Positions 24,273 through 39,180 are shown, counted from the stretch's first letter. The stretch: DNA of 64,000 nucleotides from Epiperipatus broadwayi (GCA_028023455.1 JAQFVV010000007.1:15314001-15378000); one strand, 5' to 3'. The notes: generated from the sequence alone by a model not told the origin. Program-made: numbers and translations.

Positions 24273-26320
24273 TAAAAATAATGGATAAATTGTATTTATA
24301 AAAAAATTATACATATGCAATATTTCTTCTGCTTAAAAACTAAAGCTTTTATATTCTTTGACAAAAGCAAATATTTACATATATTCTTATTACATGATGG
24401 AACAGTTTCTATGATCTAGTTAAAATTTTCTTTTTAGATAAATTTTAACTTTATTACATTTTACAGATAGAAATAACAAATATGTTATTATATAACACAA
24501 TATTTCATGTGATGCTATCTTACCATCTTATTTAAATAAAACTTGCCTGATCAGTGTTAGCAGAATGAAAATTGAATTGATTACCATAATATTTATGAAT
24601 GTTAAATTTAAGTCAATGCTTTAATCAATTACACTATTTTAAATATTTGCCTATGAAGGTTTTCAGATTTCTTTATTTTTTTTACAGACAAAATTAATGA
24701 TAAGTTTTCAAACATTATGGATTATGTCCCTACATTGACTTATGGGGTATTTTGTTATTGTCACAAGAGCAGTTTCTTAAATTTAACTTTTTACTTTTTT
24801 CTCCCTACTAAATGTCCTTGCCTTTTTCCAATAATCATATATTCATTGGTACATGCGTGGTTGCTAATTAAAATTGTTTTTTTCGTCCTAATCATTAATT
24901 AGTGCCTGTTTTTGATGAGTCAGCTGTTTTTAACTATACTTGTTTTTCACCATAAAAAATTCTCATGAAGATTGGTTATCCAACAGCTATTATTTTAAAA
25001 AATCAGAACAAAAGGAAATATCAAAACAAAAACAATGATTGATCTCTAGTGCAGGGGGTGTCCAAAAAGTCGATCGTGATCGACCGGTCAATCATGAAGC
25101 CAATTATGGTCGATCATGAGTTCAATCTGCCCAGAACTGGCTGGCAAGAACCATCCAATTACGAATGAAACAAATTAAGTCAAGATTTTCAAGTTTTTTG
25201 TTATTTTTGTTTTTGTTTTAATTTTTTTTCCAATTCTAGATAAGTGAAGTCCAATAAGTCGTATCATTATTGAAAATAATATTTTTAATCTTGACTTAAT
25301 GTGTTTTTGTAACCGAATGCTATGCGTGAATGTAATGCACAAATGCAACAGTATGCATGCAGTTATTGACTCAAAAAAACACAGCTATTTAGCTTGAATA
25401 TTTTGTAGTGTCATACGATAGCTTCCTTTCTTTAGTATTAAAACAGTATGATTTATCTATCTTCCAGTTTCAGACTACTATGTTTCATAGTAGTATAATT
25501 TTCTCTAATTTAAATCCATCCAAGTCCATGTATATTTTAAATTAGTACTAAAATATTGTATAAAAGTTCTGTTAATGAGTATGTGCGTATATTCATATTT
25601 CACATTAATTAGCTAATAATATCTCTATGCGTATAACTATAAGACGCAGTTCTAATTTAAAATAATAATAAATTAAAGTAAGTTGTGTAGACATTATTGG
25701 GTGTGTAGAAGCACACCTATGTATATATGTGAAGGAAACTGTAATGTGATAGATTTTGTGAACATTACAACTTTTCTAAATTATCTATTTTAAGTTATTA
25801 TAAATTTGCTTGCATTTGCATATAAAATCCTAAATTCAGGTGTGATAGTGTTACATATATAAGATAATGTTTAAATTTTACAGAACTTAAATCTCTTTTT
25901 TTTTAAAAAAATATTTATTTCTTGGAAATCATTCTGACTCACACCTGGAAACCAAGAGCTGAAATTAAAAAAAAAAAAATTAAAAATAAATGTAAGCCAA
26001 ATCATTGGACCAGCACTATTTATCAATTACTCAGCTGGAGGTTTTGTCTTTACTAAGATTTAATAAAGTAATGCTAAAAACAAAAATATAAAACTTAAAG
26101 TTGTCAACAAGTTATGACTTATGCAGGGGAAGAGAAAGATTTGATATAAAAACTCCCAGTTTTCATTACTAAATGTTCATTCTCTAATATTCAGAATATA
26201 GCAGTGCCCCCGTATTAACAATATTATTATTATGAATCAATATTATCTATCGATGGTGACCATGTTGAGTTTCAATTTTTCTTCTGTTTAAAATGTATAT
26301 ACCTTTTCTTATAATAACTT

Positions 26321-27192
26321 GTGTTTCAGAATTAAGAGGTCCACATGCAGTTATTATTATATCCGATTGGCTGTACGTTAGCATGTTTAAGGTGCAGGTT
26401 TTGAAGATTTAAGTCTTTCACGTTATTATAATATTATTTGCTTGCGCTTAATAAATTTGATATATTTACATTTGTTACTATCATTTCATTAGATTTAAAA
26501 ATTGCTGCATAGTAAATTGAAAGATTTCACGTTGTTTAGTTATATATAATATTTAGGGAATTAAATGTGAAGGTATTTTAAGTTTCACATTCGTAGTTCG
26601 AAATGCTTGAGTCTGGCTTATTTATATACAAATTGAGGCATAGAAGAAGGTGGGTCCCATCTTTTTCTGATAATTCTGAAGTGTGTTTCAGAATTAAGAG
26701 GTCCACATGCAGTTATTATTATATCCGATTGGCTGTACGTTAGCATGTTTAAGGTGCAGGTTTTGAAGGTTTAAGCCTTTCACGTTATTATAATATTATT
26801 TGCTTGCGCTTAATAAATTTGATATATTTACATTTGTTAATATCATTTCATTAGATTTAAAAATTGCTGCATAGTAAATTGAAAGATTTCACATTGTTTG
26901 TTTATATATATAATACTTAGTGAATTAAATGTGAAGGTATTTTAAGTTTTACACTCGTAGTTCGAAATGCTTGAGTCTGGCTAATTTATATACAAATTGA
27001 GGCATAGAAGAAAGTGGGTCCCATCTTTTTCTGAAAGTTCTGACTTGTGTTTCAGAATTAAGAGGTCCATGTGCAGTTATTATTATATCTGATTGGCTGT
27101 ATGTTAGTATGTTTAAGGTGCAGGTTTTGAAGGTTTAAGCCTTTCACGTTATTATAATATTATTTGCTTGCACTTAATAAAGTTGATATATG
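26321..27192. repeat. Tandem repeat, ~363-bp unit x2.4, inside the hAT 5' region
   Basis: GTGTTTCAGAATTAAGAGGTCCA starts at 26321, 26683 and 27047, with high unit identity. Confidence 0.95.
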
Positions 27193-27447
27193 TACCTTTT
27201 CTTATGCTTTAATTTAAATTGTGGCTTTTCTTATCTATCTACTTACTTGATTAATGAGCCTTCTCGGCAACTGACATTTAAGATGCAGTCGTTAACGGAG
27301 TTAATGATCACAGTTCATGAGTTTTTAATTTTCTTGGAAAATATTTAATTCAATATTTATTATTTACTTTGAATATTTAATTTTTATCAGTTAAGTTCGG
27401 GGAAATAAAATTGTCATAAGTATTTCTTTTTTCATTTTAGTATACTC

Positions 27448-29292
27448 ATGAACATGAGTAGTAAACCAAAAAAATCGAAAACTTATCATTTCAATGAAGA
27501 ATGGGAACTCGACTACTTTTTTACAATGGTGAATGATAAATATTGTTGCTTAATATGCTTTACCTTGATAGCCATCACTAAAAAAGGTTATCTGGAGAGA
27601 CATTTTTTAGCTTTACATAACAAGTATCAAACAGATTATCCACAAAGTACCGAATTGAGAAAACGTAAAGTTAGAGATCTTAAAACTCAATTAAAAAATC
27701 AACAAAAAGTTTTTAACAAGCCAGTGTTGAAGTCACAAGCAGTAACTACTGCACCATTTAAAGTAAGCCATCTTTTAGCAAAAAAATGTAAAACATTTAT
27801 TAAGGTGAATTTGTAAAGGAAACATTTTTGGAAATGTCAGATTCACTTTTTAACAATTTTCATAACAAGAGTGAAATTATTGCTGCAATTCAATATCTGC
27901 AACTATCTCAAAACACTGTGGTGCGACAAATTGAGAAGATGAATGGAAATGTAAAAGAACAGTTATATAATAATATTAATAGATGTTCTTGTTTTTCCTT
28001 TCAATGTGATGAATCAACAGATATAAGTGATACAGCACAATTACTTGTTTTCATTTGTATGGTTTTTAAAGATTTTACATCTAAAGAAGAATTATTGGGT
28101 CTGATTTCTTTGAAAGAAAGAACTAGAGGTGTAGATATATTCAAAGCCTTTAAAAACTTGCTCAATGATTTGAAAGTACCATTTTTTAAATTAGTTTCAA
28201 TAACAACGGATGACACAGCTGTAATGATAGGTCACATAAATGGATTTATAGCCCTATGTCAAAATGAAGATGACCATCCCAGCTTTTTTGAGATACCACT
28301 GCATAATTCATCAGCAAGTGTTAGCCAGCAAGAGACTAAACACAAAAGAAGTAATGGACATAACATTTAAAATTGTTAATTCAATTCGAGGAAGTTCCCT
28401 CAAATGAAATCTCTTCCAAATGCAGCTTGATAAAGGCCAACCTGAATTATTTATTATTACATACCATTGTAAGATGGTTAAGCAGAGGTAAATTTCTGCA
28501 ACGATTTCGTGATTTATTGCCTGAAGTAATAGATTTTCTTTGTGAGCAAGATGGTAAATGTGAAAATTTAAATGATGAAACTTGGCTTAGTGACTTAGCT
28601 TTTCTAACCAATTTTACTTCAATGTTAAGTCATTTAAATTTAGAATTACAAGGTAGAAATAGAACAGTAATTGATATGATCAGCTGTGTAGATGCATATA
28701 AGACAAAATTGATTTTGCTAATAGAAAATCTGCAACAAAATAATCTGAACCATTTTCCAAATATGGCGGATCACCTACAAAGCATAAAAATATTAATTAT
28801 AATATCGACAAATATGTTGCAGAAATCCAAAAAGTAATTGAAGAATTTAAAGTAAGATTCCAAGAATTTGAAAAAATTAAAGAAATTGTGGAATGTATTT
28901 ATTTTCCTTTTAAAAAAGATTTAAATGTGAAACACATTAGCCAAAAAATTTCTGACATATTACATATGGAGCAAAAGGCATTAGAAAATGAAATTATAAT
29001 TTTACAAACTGATTTAATCTTACAAGCTAGAAAATTTGAAAAAGATTTTTGAAAATACATCACCCAAGAAAAATATCCCAATATCATCAAATCTAGCGAA
29101 TATATTTATTCTTGTTTCGGATCTACATACCTGTGTGAATCAGCATTTTCATACTTAAAGTTAACGAAGACTAAACAATGTTTTGTCCTAACTGATTCCC
29201 ATACTGAGAATTCTTTATTATTATCTTTGTCAGGATATACACATAATTATGATTCCTTGGTTAGAGACATGCAAACACAGTTTTTCCATTAA
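27448..29292 (+). pseudogene. hAT transposase pseudogene (GTF2IRD2/EPM2AIP1/SPIN-like), several frameshifts and stops
   Basis: FNEEWELDYFF..CCLIC..LERH (N-terminal zinc-finger-like), CDESTDISDTAQL, SITTD, RYHCIIHQQ (CxxH, shifted frame ~28292), HTIVRWLSRG and YLCESAFS. Confidence 0.92.
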
Positions 29293-30613
29293 TGTTAAGA
29301 TAATAAAATAAATTCTAAATATGTCTTTATCAGTAGCTAATTTGAATTAATAAATATTGTTAATAATTACTCGTGTTGCTTTAATTCCCATGGTCATGAG
29401 TTTTTTAGCCTGTTAAATAATTATGTTATTTTTTACTAGGTAGATATATGAAAATAGTGTGTATTTCACATCTCTTTCCACTTAGGGTACACCTATGACA
29501 ACAAGTCAATCGCAACACGTTTTCAAAATAAAAAGTCGATCTTATTAACACAAAAGTTGACCACCCCTGCTATAGTGTATTTGTACACATCAGAGGCTGC
29601 AGATGAACTAAAAAAAATCTGCAAAAGAATATAATAACATAATAGCTTTCCAAATCCACATCAAACTGCAAGGAATACTAACTTCTATAAAATCTGAACT
29701 TGAAATGCTGAAAAACAAAAACTGTTTATGCAAAATACCATGTGCATGTGAAAAGACATACATCAATGAAGCCAACCACCATCACTAAAAATTATTAAAA
29801 AATATAAAACAATGATTAGGAAGGAAAAGACAAATGTGAGTGAAATAGAAGACCATATATATTTAGAGTAAAAATGTATTTATTGAGAAAACAGGAATAT
29901 TGAATAGAGAGGAAAAAGAAATTTTTTTAAATCTGCTTGTGTGATAAATAACTCATAATAGCATAATTCATAATGTTTAAAGGCCATCCAATAACCTTAC
30001 TCCTAAAAATGGCAAAATTGGGAGAATTCTCATAGATAAGTATGTAAAATTTCTATTCACTTGTTATGATTGATAGAAGAGCCTAGTTGGGTAAGGTGTT
30101 ACCTTAAATTCAGTATTCATGAAATTACAAATTCAATTTCCACATTAGCTATCACTGTCATATCAGCAATGTCTAAAAAAAGAGGTGAATATTACCATTT
30201 GAAAGATTGTGTTCTATAATCTGTTTTATTATTAACAGTTAAATATATTTAGAAAAAGAAAGTTTTAATAATATAACATACAGCTAAAAATTTAACAAGC
30301 TTTTTTAAATATATATATATATATATATAACTTTATTGAGTCACAAAATAAGATCTACTCTTATTAAAAGTTAATTTAAACATATAAATATTTACTTTAA
30401 TATTTTTGTAGTTTATTTACATTGTGAGAAAGATGACTTTCTAAAAAATCTTATGTAAAACTTTATCAATCAATTTTTCTCATCTATAGTCATTTTTTTA
30501 AAGATATATCACAAGATAGTAAAGTCTTTTAGACAATATATATATATTCCTTGCAATTGTATATATATATATATTAATAAACAGTTTACGTAAGTAATAA
30601 AATAATAACTTAC

Positions 30614-30702
30614 CATTTTATACACATATGAAATGCAGGTATCACTGTACACAGCTATTGTAATGGTCAGAATTGTGTGATCAGCCAACAAGATTCAAAG
30701 AC
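30614..30702 (-). other. Candidate 5'UTR exon ending in a start codon
   Basis: Minus strand: TTTTTTCAG| ... TAAAATG|GTAAGT. All frames are closed upstream of the terminal ATG. No downstream coding exon was identified. Confidence 0.25.
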
Positions 30703-31149
30703 CTGAAAAAAGTACTTCAAACCCAGCATGTTCAGGATATGGTAGTTGCAGAACAGTACTGAGCTTTAACCTATTTTCCAGTGTTCCAAAATCTCCACTA
30801 TCTGACCAACGCTTCTGATACTACTAATGGTCATCGTTTTCTTCGGTCCCGGTGGTCAGGGTAAAACAAGGACTCTATCAATTCAAACTTAGCCTGTCAT
30901 GCACTAGAATTATTAAATTAATCTAAGATATTCACCAAATACTTTGATACAGCTCAGAATATTATTTCAAATATTTCACAGGCTTTAAATCTACACATAA
31001 ATGATTTAATAAAGTGTGGATATAGTTGGTTGGATGTGGTGAACCAGGGAGTGACATGACAACTGTATAGATATACCTGATTTATTATCACAAATTCCAC
31101 AAAAGATAGAAATAGCAATAATAATGTTTGGATCTTATTATGATCCTTG

Positions 31150-31600
31150 TATAGACATGACAAATAAACCAGAAATAATAACTACAATATTTAACTATCA
31201 GTTATTGACAATGGTTAACAGTATTTAGGTGTCATCAGGATAAATATATGATTTTTACAAAGATATGATCAATGTATGGAGATGACAAATGAACCAGAAA
31301 TAATAATTACAATATTTAACCATCAGTTATTGACAATGGTTAACAGTATGTAGGTATCATCAGAATAAATGTATGATTTTTTATAAAGAAATCACAGGTC
31401 AATAATGAAAACAACAGTTATGAAACAGAAATAATAACTACAATAATATTTAAACATCAGTATTATATGTATGTGAGCACTACAATGAAGTCATACTGTC
31501 AATAATGACAACAGAAGTTATGAACCAAAAACAATAATTACCATAGTATTTAAACCTCAGTATTAGATGTGTGTGAGCATGAAACAAATTTTTATGTTGA
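31150..31600. repeat. Tandem repeat, 4 units of ~100-131 bp
   Basis: The anchor AACCAGAAATAATAA(C/T)TACAATATTTAA.(C/T)ATCAGT recurs at ~31167, 31292, 31423 and 31523. Units 1-2 and units 3-4 are more alike. Confidence 0.85.
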
Positions 31601-33161
31601 TAATGATAATATTTGATCAAGAAATATGCCACTATAAAAATTAATATGTCAATTGTCAAGAGTAAACACAATACCTGGTTATATTAAGTTAGAGGCCAGA
31701 AATATATATATATAATAAATTTATGTGCGTGTTCACATACATAGGGGAAGTTAAGTATATTTTTTATTATTATATTTACTTTTAGTATTCCCAGCAGGAG
31801 TTATGGACCAAAGCATAATTCTAGCTCCCTTTATTATTAACAGTTATATGATAAATATGGTTTATCTATCCCACACAGTACTACGAACAGGCATGATCAA
31901 GAAATCTAATTACAGAAGACAGTGGCATCTGGGTTTGAATTCTGTGCCGGGTATATTATTATATGCATTGGCAGATGGCCAATCTCCATGTCAAGCAATA
32001 AAATATATAGAGAAGTTCCTATGAAAACACATTCACAATCAGTGTGGCATGTGTATGAAATAATGGAGCGTGGGCTTTGAATCCCTATTGTCATAGAGTA
32101 CCCATTTATTGGCTCAAAAACATGGCTATCTCCAGGACCGGTAAAAATATCCATCTGGCAGCTCACATAGCATTACTTGACATATATTCATTATTGAAAG
32201 TCATACAGGCACAGATCATTTTACTAAGCAACACTGATATATTTGCCCATAAAAAAGCATTAACTCATATCTGTATAGATATTTTCTTAAGCCTGCATTT
32301 AATAAGGAATAATAGGAAAATTTAAGATAACCTTATTTTATAGACTATAAAACACCCATGTTCTTAAATATAAAGCTTAACTACAAAATTTATCATCGTA
32401 AATTGCTAAGGAGTCAAAAAAAAATACTATTGCTGAGATAATATTTTTCCCATAAATGTGTCACTAAATATATATATAGTGAGATGAACACATACTTTTG
32501 TAATAAGTAATATTGCCAGTTTTATATTTAAGAAAAAGGAGCATGACTATTATTTTTTTAAACACATAAATAAATGCACATATATATACATTATCTCATT
32601 TAATTGTTATAAAGAATTTTAATCACATCTAAATTAAATAGATAATGATTTTTATAAATTTATATTTATAATTTCTATTAACAAGGTATATACAAGTAGA
32701 TGGCGAATTTCAATTCAGATATCTATCTGATTTTCTCACTCTTTTTAAAAAAATAAATGACATTTTTACCCAGCAAGGATTAGACAAATAATTTAAGAAA
32801 TTCAAGTTTCACTGTTTGTTACTTTACAATTATAAAAATAGTTACCCTTCTCTCATTTAAGATTTGTGATAAACAAATTTATGCATAAATTGGTTTAATA
32901 GTAAAATATCAGTTTGTCCCATACTTGGCTGAGTTTAGCATAAATAAGATTAATCAATGAAGTGTACATTTTTATAATTAAAGAAAACATACTGGAATAT
33001 TTCAAAATAAATAATAAAAGCTGTATTTATAGGCTTTATAGTATTTTTTGTTCCATTTAGAATTAGACATTAAAATCCTTTTTTTTCTCTACGATTAATA
33101 AGTATAAATATAGTTATAACATAGATTGACTTGTTAAAAATAACAAAAAATTAAAACACTC

Positions 33162-33200
<39 letters not shown>

Positions 33201-36200
33201 ACTGTCTTCTTGAAACACATTCCCTGTTTTTAAGATATAGTCTTTTACTGAGCAGTTAGAAATCTGTGAATTTTAAACTTAGTTAGTCTAGAGTTTTTTT
33301 ATTTATAGAAGGCATTTAATTATCTTATCTGGAAGGATTAAAAGTTTATACTTGCTGTTTGATGTCACTTTGATGAGGAAACTGTCTCCTTATGGGTTCA
33401 CACTTATTTCAGGACTGAACTTTGGCTTTACTGGACATAGGACAGGCTGGATTCAAAATTGGTTCTCCATTTTTTTAGCAGCAGCAACATGGAATCAATT
33501 GGATTTCTTTCCTTCCTACAGTAGCATTTTTGGAGATTTCCCCAAGAGGGGAAGGATAAAAGTGTCTACTCAGAAATCATGGTGATTATCTGAAATCAGC
33601 TTAAGTTCAACATCTATTAGAGTCATTTTGACCTTCACATTGACTCTTAAAATTTTTTTACTCTTCTTTTGACTTTTTACTTTTGACTCCAACAACTGCC
33701 TGTCTAGAAAAATAGCCCAGTATTTATAAGCCTGTAACTTTAAACAAAACTTTACTCAGCACAACAAAAAATACTGTCTCTTTGTTTACTCTTAATTTTC
33801 TTTTTAACACAGAGATCATAACTACCTTCAGATTCAACCTTTGTTAGAAACAAAAATAGACTGTTTGACTGGTTTTTAATTTAAACTAGTTAGCAAAATC
33901 CTATTAAGATTAAATTAAGGTATGAAAATTTTGATTGCATTTTTAACAGCCTTTAAAGATGAGAAATAATTAACATTTCCATGAAACTATATGAATGTTT
34001 CAAAAAAAATAGAATCATAAAAATGTTATTTGTAAAGAAAGAATGAGTCAACTTATATTTTCCATTTTTCTTTGTCTTTTAGGAAAAACATATAAGACAA
34101 AAGAAATATATATTTTCTTTTCCAAATATATAATTAAAAAAATGTATTTCAATAAAACAAGATATACATATATGCCCTCTCATTTATTAACCCACACACA
34201 CATATCTGTATATTATTTTCCCACAAAATGAAAAAATTAGCTATTTGATCTATTAAAATTTATATATATATATATATACTATTTTAAACAACTATCATGA
34301 AGCTCTGTGTGTGCAGACACACTTTTCGCTTCACTATCTATATTCTATTTTATTTTTAATTGAATCTTTTAAACATATGGTAATGGTAAGAATTCATATG
34401 TCTTGTTAACATGTTGCAAGAATCCACCACCATGTTTGAAGATCAGCATAACAGGTGGGTTCAGGGCCTGTGGTACTGTATTCAAACATAGTCATTTTAT
34501 TTCTTAACAAAACCCACATGACAATGCGTATACCATAACAATAGTAAATATCTTTCTAGCCCTGGGGGTCAGGTAGATCAAGAGACTCTAATTAAATTAT
34601 TTTTAAGATTAAGGGCTACTGCTATATACTTTAATGTGATTTTAATAATTGAATGAGACACTGAATATTATTATTAAATCAAGCAGACATGCAAACGTAG
34701 AAATAGGTAGACACAAATATTTAATAATGATTAAATTAGGTTACATGTGATTAAAAATGCTACTGGGGTATCATTATTCAATCATATGTCATGCCTCACA
34801 TTTAAGTTGTGGACGTTGCGAGATTATGATTTGAGGTCATAATGAGGAGTATATCTGCCAACTCAGCAATCACTATTTGCTTTCTTATTATTAATACACA
34901 AGTCTACACTAACAAAATTATTACTAGAGCAGCAGATGTGGAGGGTGTAAATAGATCTAGCATAGACATTTATACTCATAAACAAAGTGACATGCGATAG
35001 GTTTAGATGCTGCTGAGTTTTAAAGAGATTCAGCTTTTCTTCGAGTATAACCACTGAGAAACATTAGAGATGGGAGGGACAGGCAAACTTTGGGCCAGAG
35101 CCATTAGGAGTTGTCACAAATGCGGCATCGGTGTGAAGTCTTAGCCTTTCCATCTCTGACCATGTGACAAGGTTAGTTACCATTGGGGTCACTTCTGTAT
35201 GCCCATTTATTATGGGAACTAGAATATTTAAAGAATGTCTATTTTGTTTCTGCGGTTTAAATTAAGACATCTATAAACCAATGCAGTTCACACATTCAAT
35301 GCAAAAACATTTTATCTACTCTATGCTTTTAAAAATAAAAAGTTTATTTCCAATCCCCACATTGACTAAACAAATTATTAAGTGTCTACTACCCCCCTCT
35401 TATAATAATACTACTCTAGATTGAAAAGACTTGACAAAATATAACTTATATAATATACTATTTAAAAATGAAATGATCGCTAAGTGGCCAATATACTATA
35501 CCAAAGATTATAGGATCTCGCTTTCATAGTAACATATAGAAATAAATTTATAATTCCTGAGCTGAGCATTTATTAAAAGAAAATGGATTTTAGGCAAATC
35601 TAAAGTCACGCAAAAGAGTGGCAACTCTTTTGTGAATTAAATGGTTAGGGAACATCAGCTTGGAAATCATGTAGGCATGAAATATAATATCTAATGAATA
35701 ACAAAAAATTTTTAGATAGCCAAGTAGAAGAATAATAGGTTTTTATGAGATTTATAAAATATTATATTACTTTTACACATAATTACAAGATGGAGACTAG
35801 AGTTTAGTTTTAAAATTACACTACATTTAAGTTAAGAGTCGAACTTTAAAGGTATAGCATGTAATAGGAATTTAAATTAAGAGCTCAAAAGGAGAGTCTT
35901 TTACTCGGGTATCATTTTACCTTCGACTAGTTGAAATGTGCACACTTGATGGGACAGTCTGAGGTTCCTTGTTTAACAGCATTCACATTTAGGAGAAATA
36001 CACAGGCAGCAGTTTAAGTTCAGGTTTATTTCATTTTTTTATGGGAAGCTCCATATTTCCATAGCCACAGTCCAGAGAAGCGCAGCAGTTGCCTACTCTT
36101 CACACATTGTTAGATTAAAATTATGATCTGGATATGAAAATAAAGTAACAGCAACAGCATAACTTTGAAACTTGATAGCCACAACAAATTACCAACGATA

Positions 36201-38859
36201 ATAATCCTTTAAAATAATCAGCCTGTTGCTTTTATTCCTTTCTTTTTTATCTTTCGGATCCATCGAACAATTGCATCATCCATCCAAACAGTCTCTCTGG
36301 TCTGTGCTATATATCCCTTCAGGTAATGGATGCATTAGTGGCACATGTTGAAATTTCAATTTCAATCTGACCACCTTTTTAATTTACTTTACATGTGACG
36401 TAATTAGAAATGCTTTTAACAAACCTTTAATAATTATGAGTTTAAGAATATTTTTCAGCTCTGTCATTCCCCCCCTCTCCCGCTATGACTTGCAACTCTA
36501 ATTAGCAGGAGAAAATCTATTTTTAAAATATCATTACATTTACAATTAAAAGAACTTTTAGATTTTATAATGTAAATATTATATAAATCTGACCTAAATA
36601 ATAACAAAAATATGTTTACATTTAAAATAAAACTATTTTAGATTTTATAAATTAAAATATTACATAAATCTGATCCAAATAATAATAACACGATTATTAA
36701 ATCTTACACAAAATTACGCACTACAAATCTAACAATCATCTGCAGTGCATTATATTTTTAAAATAGACTATATTGGAGTGTGTGCATATATACAATGTTT
36801 TTAAATAACTGTACATATATTTTATAATATTATGCACAAAGTCCAATATTCAAGGTCAGAACCTATGTAAACTAATAATAATGGGTGAGAGTTGGAGCAA
36901 TGACAGAACTAAGGTGAAACTAAGATTTGAATTCAAATCTTACTGTTTCAACATCATGAAATAACACTAGGATGATTAATCAATAAATTTGAAATTCTTT
37001 TAACTGATTAACTATCATCTTCATCTATAGTCGAACACAGCTTTAACTCACTCTAAAACTGACAGTTTTTACATTATCATAGTGAAATTACACTCGATTT
37101 AAGGCTTAAAAGTACCATAAGATGCTGCCCTCTCTAGAATTATTTTATAAGTAAAAAATCAATAACATTTCAATTTGAAGCTACAACAATGGGAGAAGGC
37201 AGACTTTCCTAGATGCTGATTGGTTGGTTCTCATTTCAAACAAAAGGCAGCACTTGTCAATAATTTTCACCGCTGCAAGTTCATTTTTATTTTGAAAATG
37301 AAAATGAATGTTTTAGAGTATTTTTAGTAATTTTTATATATTATAAATTATTTTGATTAAAATATGCTGAAAATATAATTATTTTAGAAAAGTAGTTAAG
37401 ATTTTACTAAAAATTCTTTACTTTTACACAAACATAAATTGAAAAAGAAATCAATGACGTATGGAGCATTTTCTAATAGGTTACAAACATTTTTTTTAGG
37501 TTCACTATTATAGAATATTTTTATAATTATAAATAGAAATTTATTTTTGAAAAAACTTTCATTCACTTTCATAATCTGACAAATTATTAATTTGCATTTT
37601 ACAGAAGATATTAAAAGACAAATATATTTTTACTGCTAATTCTGTAAATGAGTAATCAAACGTTTAGAACTTTAATTCACTAGACCAATAGAAAATTGTA
37701 TGAGAAACTGACAGTTAAAAGGTTAATTTGATTTATAAATTCAATGTATAGATTAAACCTTCTTATTACTTTTCATTCATGGGCTTATTTTCAAATTTTT
37801 AATATTATTTGTCTTTTCAATTTCTTATGTGGTTTGAAGAAACTTGGGAAAAATATGATCAATTGTAAGTTTTCAAGGTTTATTGTGATTTTTCAAAATA
37901 CTATCTATTATTGATTTACAAGTTAATTTATGTACAATTTAACTCAACCTTTTCTTATTTTAACTGACAAATTTGTTTAGAATTTTTATTCATATGATTT
38001 GCCTTTAAAATTTTTAAATTTGTTTATTTGGCTTTTAAAAAGTGAAGGGGGGGGTATGGACATCTGCAAGTATTGTTGACTTTTATGAAAATAATAATTA
38101 TCTGCTATATTCAATACAAATTTCAAATAAAACAATCCAAATAAAAGTGAACTGGTTGGTTTTAAAACAACAGCAAATTAAAAGATTAAAATGAAGCTTA
38201 CTTCTTTGGATTCCCACCATCACCAATAAGTGTTTTCTCTTTACTTCACAAAAACAAAAAAAAAGCTATTACCGCTAAATATGGATTAAGTAACTTTTTA
38301 GCCATGATACAGATGGGCAATTCAAAATCACTCTAAACTCCCTTTAGCTTTTATTTCTCCATCATAAATGATCTGAGAACTAAATGATCAACATAGGTTT
38401 ATTTTTACTTCTTTTAAAAACTAACAAATAATAAAACAGTTTAAATGAACAACTTACAGATTTTATGTTTACATCTCTTGTTTAAATAATATGTTTTAAC
38501 AATATCAATGTAAAACACAAAGTTGATTTTTAAATTAATTGCTAAAAAGTTTAAAAAACAACAACATATTAATTGTAATATGGGAAAAAATTTTATTGTT
38601 ATTTTTTATTATTTGTTCTATTTTTTAACTATTTACAAACCTATATTTTACATATATAAAGTATGTTTAATCTTAAATTGATCAATTAATTGTCCCAGTA
38701 TTATTTCATGATATAGATGTAGTGTTTTAAAGAAACAATAGAACATAAAACACAATGTAGGTAGCTGAGTACATTTGTACCAAAATGTGTCTATTAATTT
38801 TATAGTGCAGGTGTGAAAAAGTAGTTTTTTCACAATATTTAATATATATATATATATAA

Positions 38860-39180
38860 TACAAATAAAATGTCCATTAATTAAAAACTATTGTAATAAC
38901 AATAAAAAAATATATAATGGTAATGAACTACAATATACAGTATTTCAATCCATAGAAGTACTTTTAGTTAATTCCTTAACCTGCTCAATTGCCATTACCC
39001 AAAACAGAAGCAAACATGATTTGAGTTGATGACGTTTGCTTCCTTTTTGTTTTTTGAATTTAATGGCAGTTGAGGCAAGTTAAGGAATTAACTGAAAGTC
39101 CTTCTACAGATTGAAAGACTGTATATTATAGTTTATTACTGTTATATTTATTATTTTTATTGTTATATATATATATTAAC
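38860..39180. mobile_element. Inverted pair of family HH-D
   Basis: The arm ending ..TTAACCTGCTCAATTGCCATTA (38997) is inverted relative to TAATGGCAGTTGAGG..TTAAGGAATTAACTGAAAGTCCTTCTAC (39061 onward). Confidence 0.75.

Larger units (their letters stand above)
25052..29569 (+). mobile_element. Full-length defective hAT DNA transposon, Buster/SPIN-like
   Basis: TIRs CAGGGGGTGTCCAAAAAGT / AAAGTTGACCACCCCTG. 8-bp TSD CTCTAGTG (25044-51) / CTATAGTG (29570-77) with central TA. Subterminal GTCGATC repeats at both ends. Confidence 0.93.

Noticed and set aside
26575-26620. Hammerhead-like pattern on the minus strand of the 363-bp hAT repeat
   Set aside because: The core is CTCAAGC and stem I does not pair.
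31225-31245. Minus-strand CTGATGA in the 125-bp tandem units
   Set aside because: No GAAA at a compatible distance.
35606-35635. Hairpin TCACGCAAAAGAGT-GGCA-ACTCTTTTGTGA as miRNA or Helitron end
   Set aside because: Too short for a pre-miRNA, no CTRR terminus, single occurrence.
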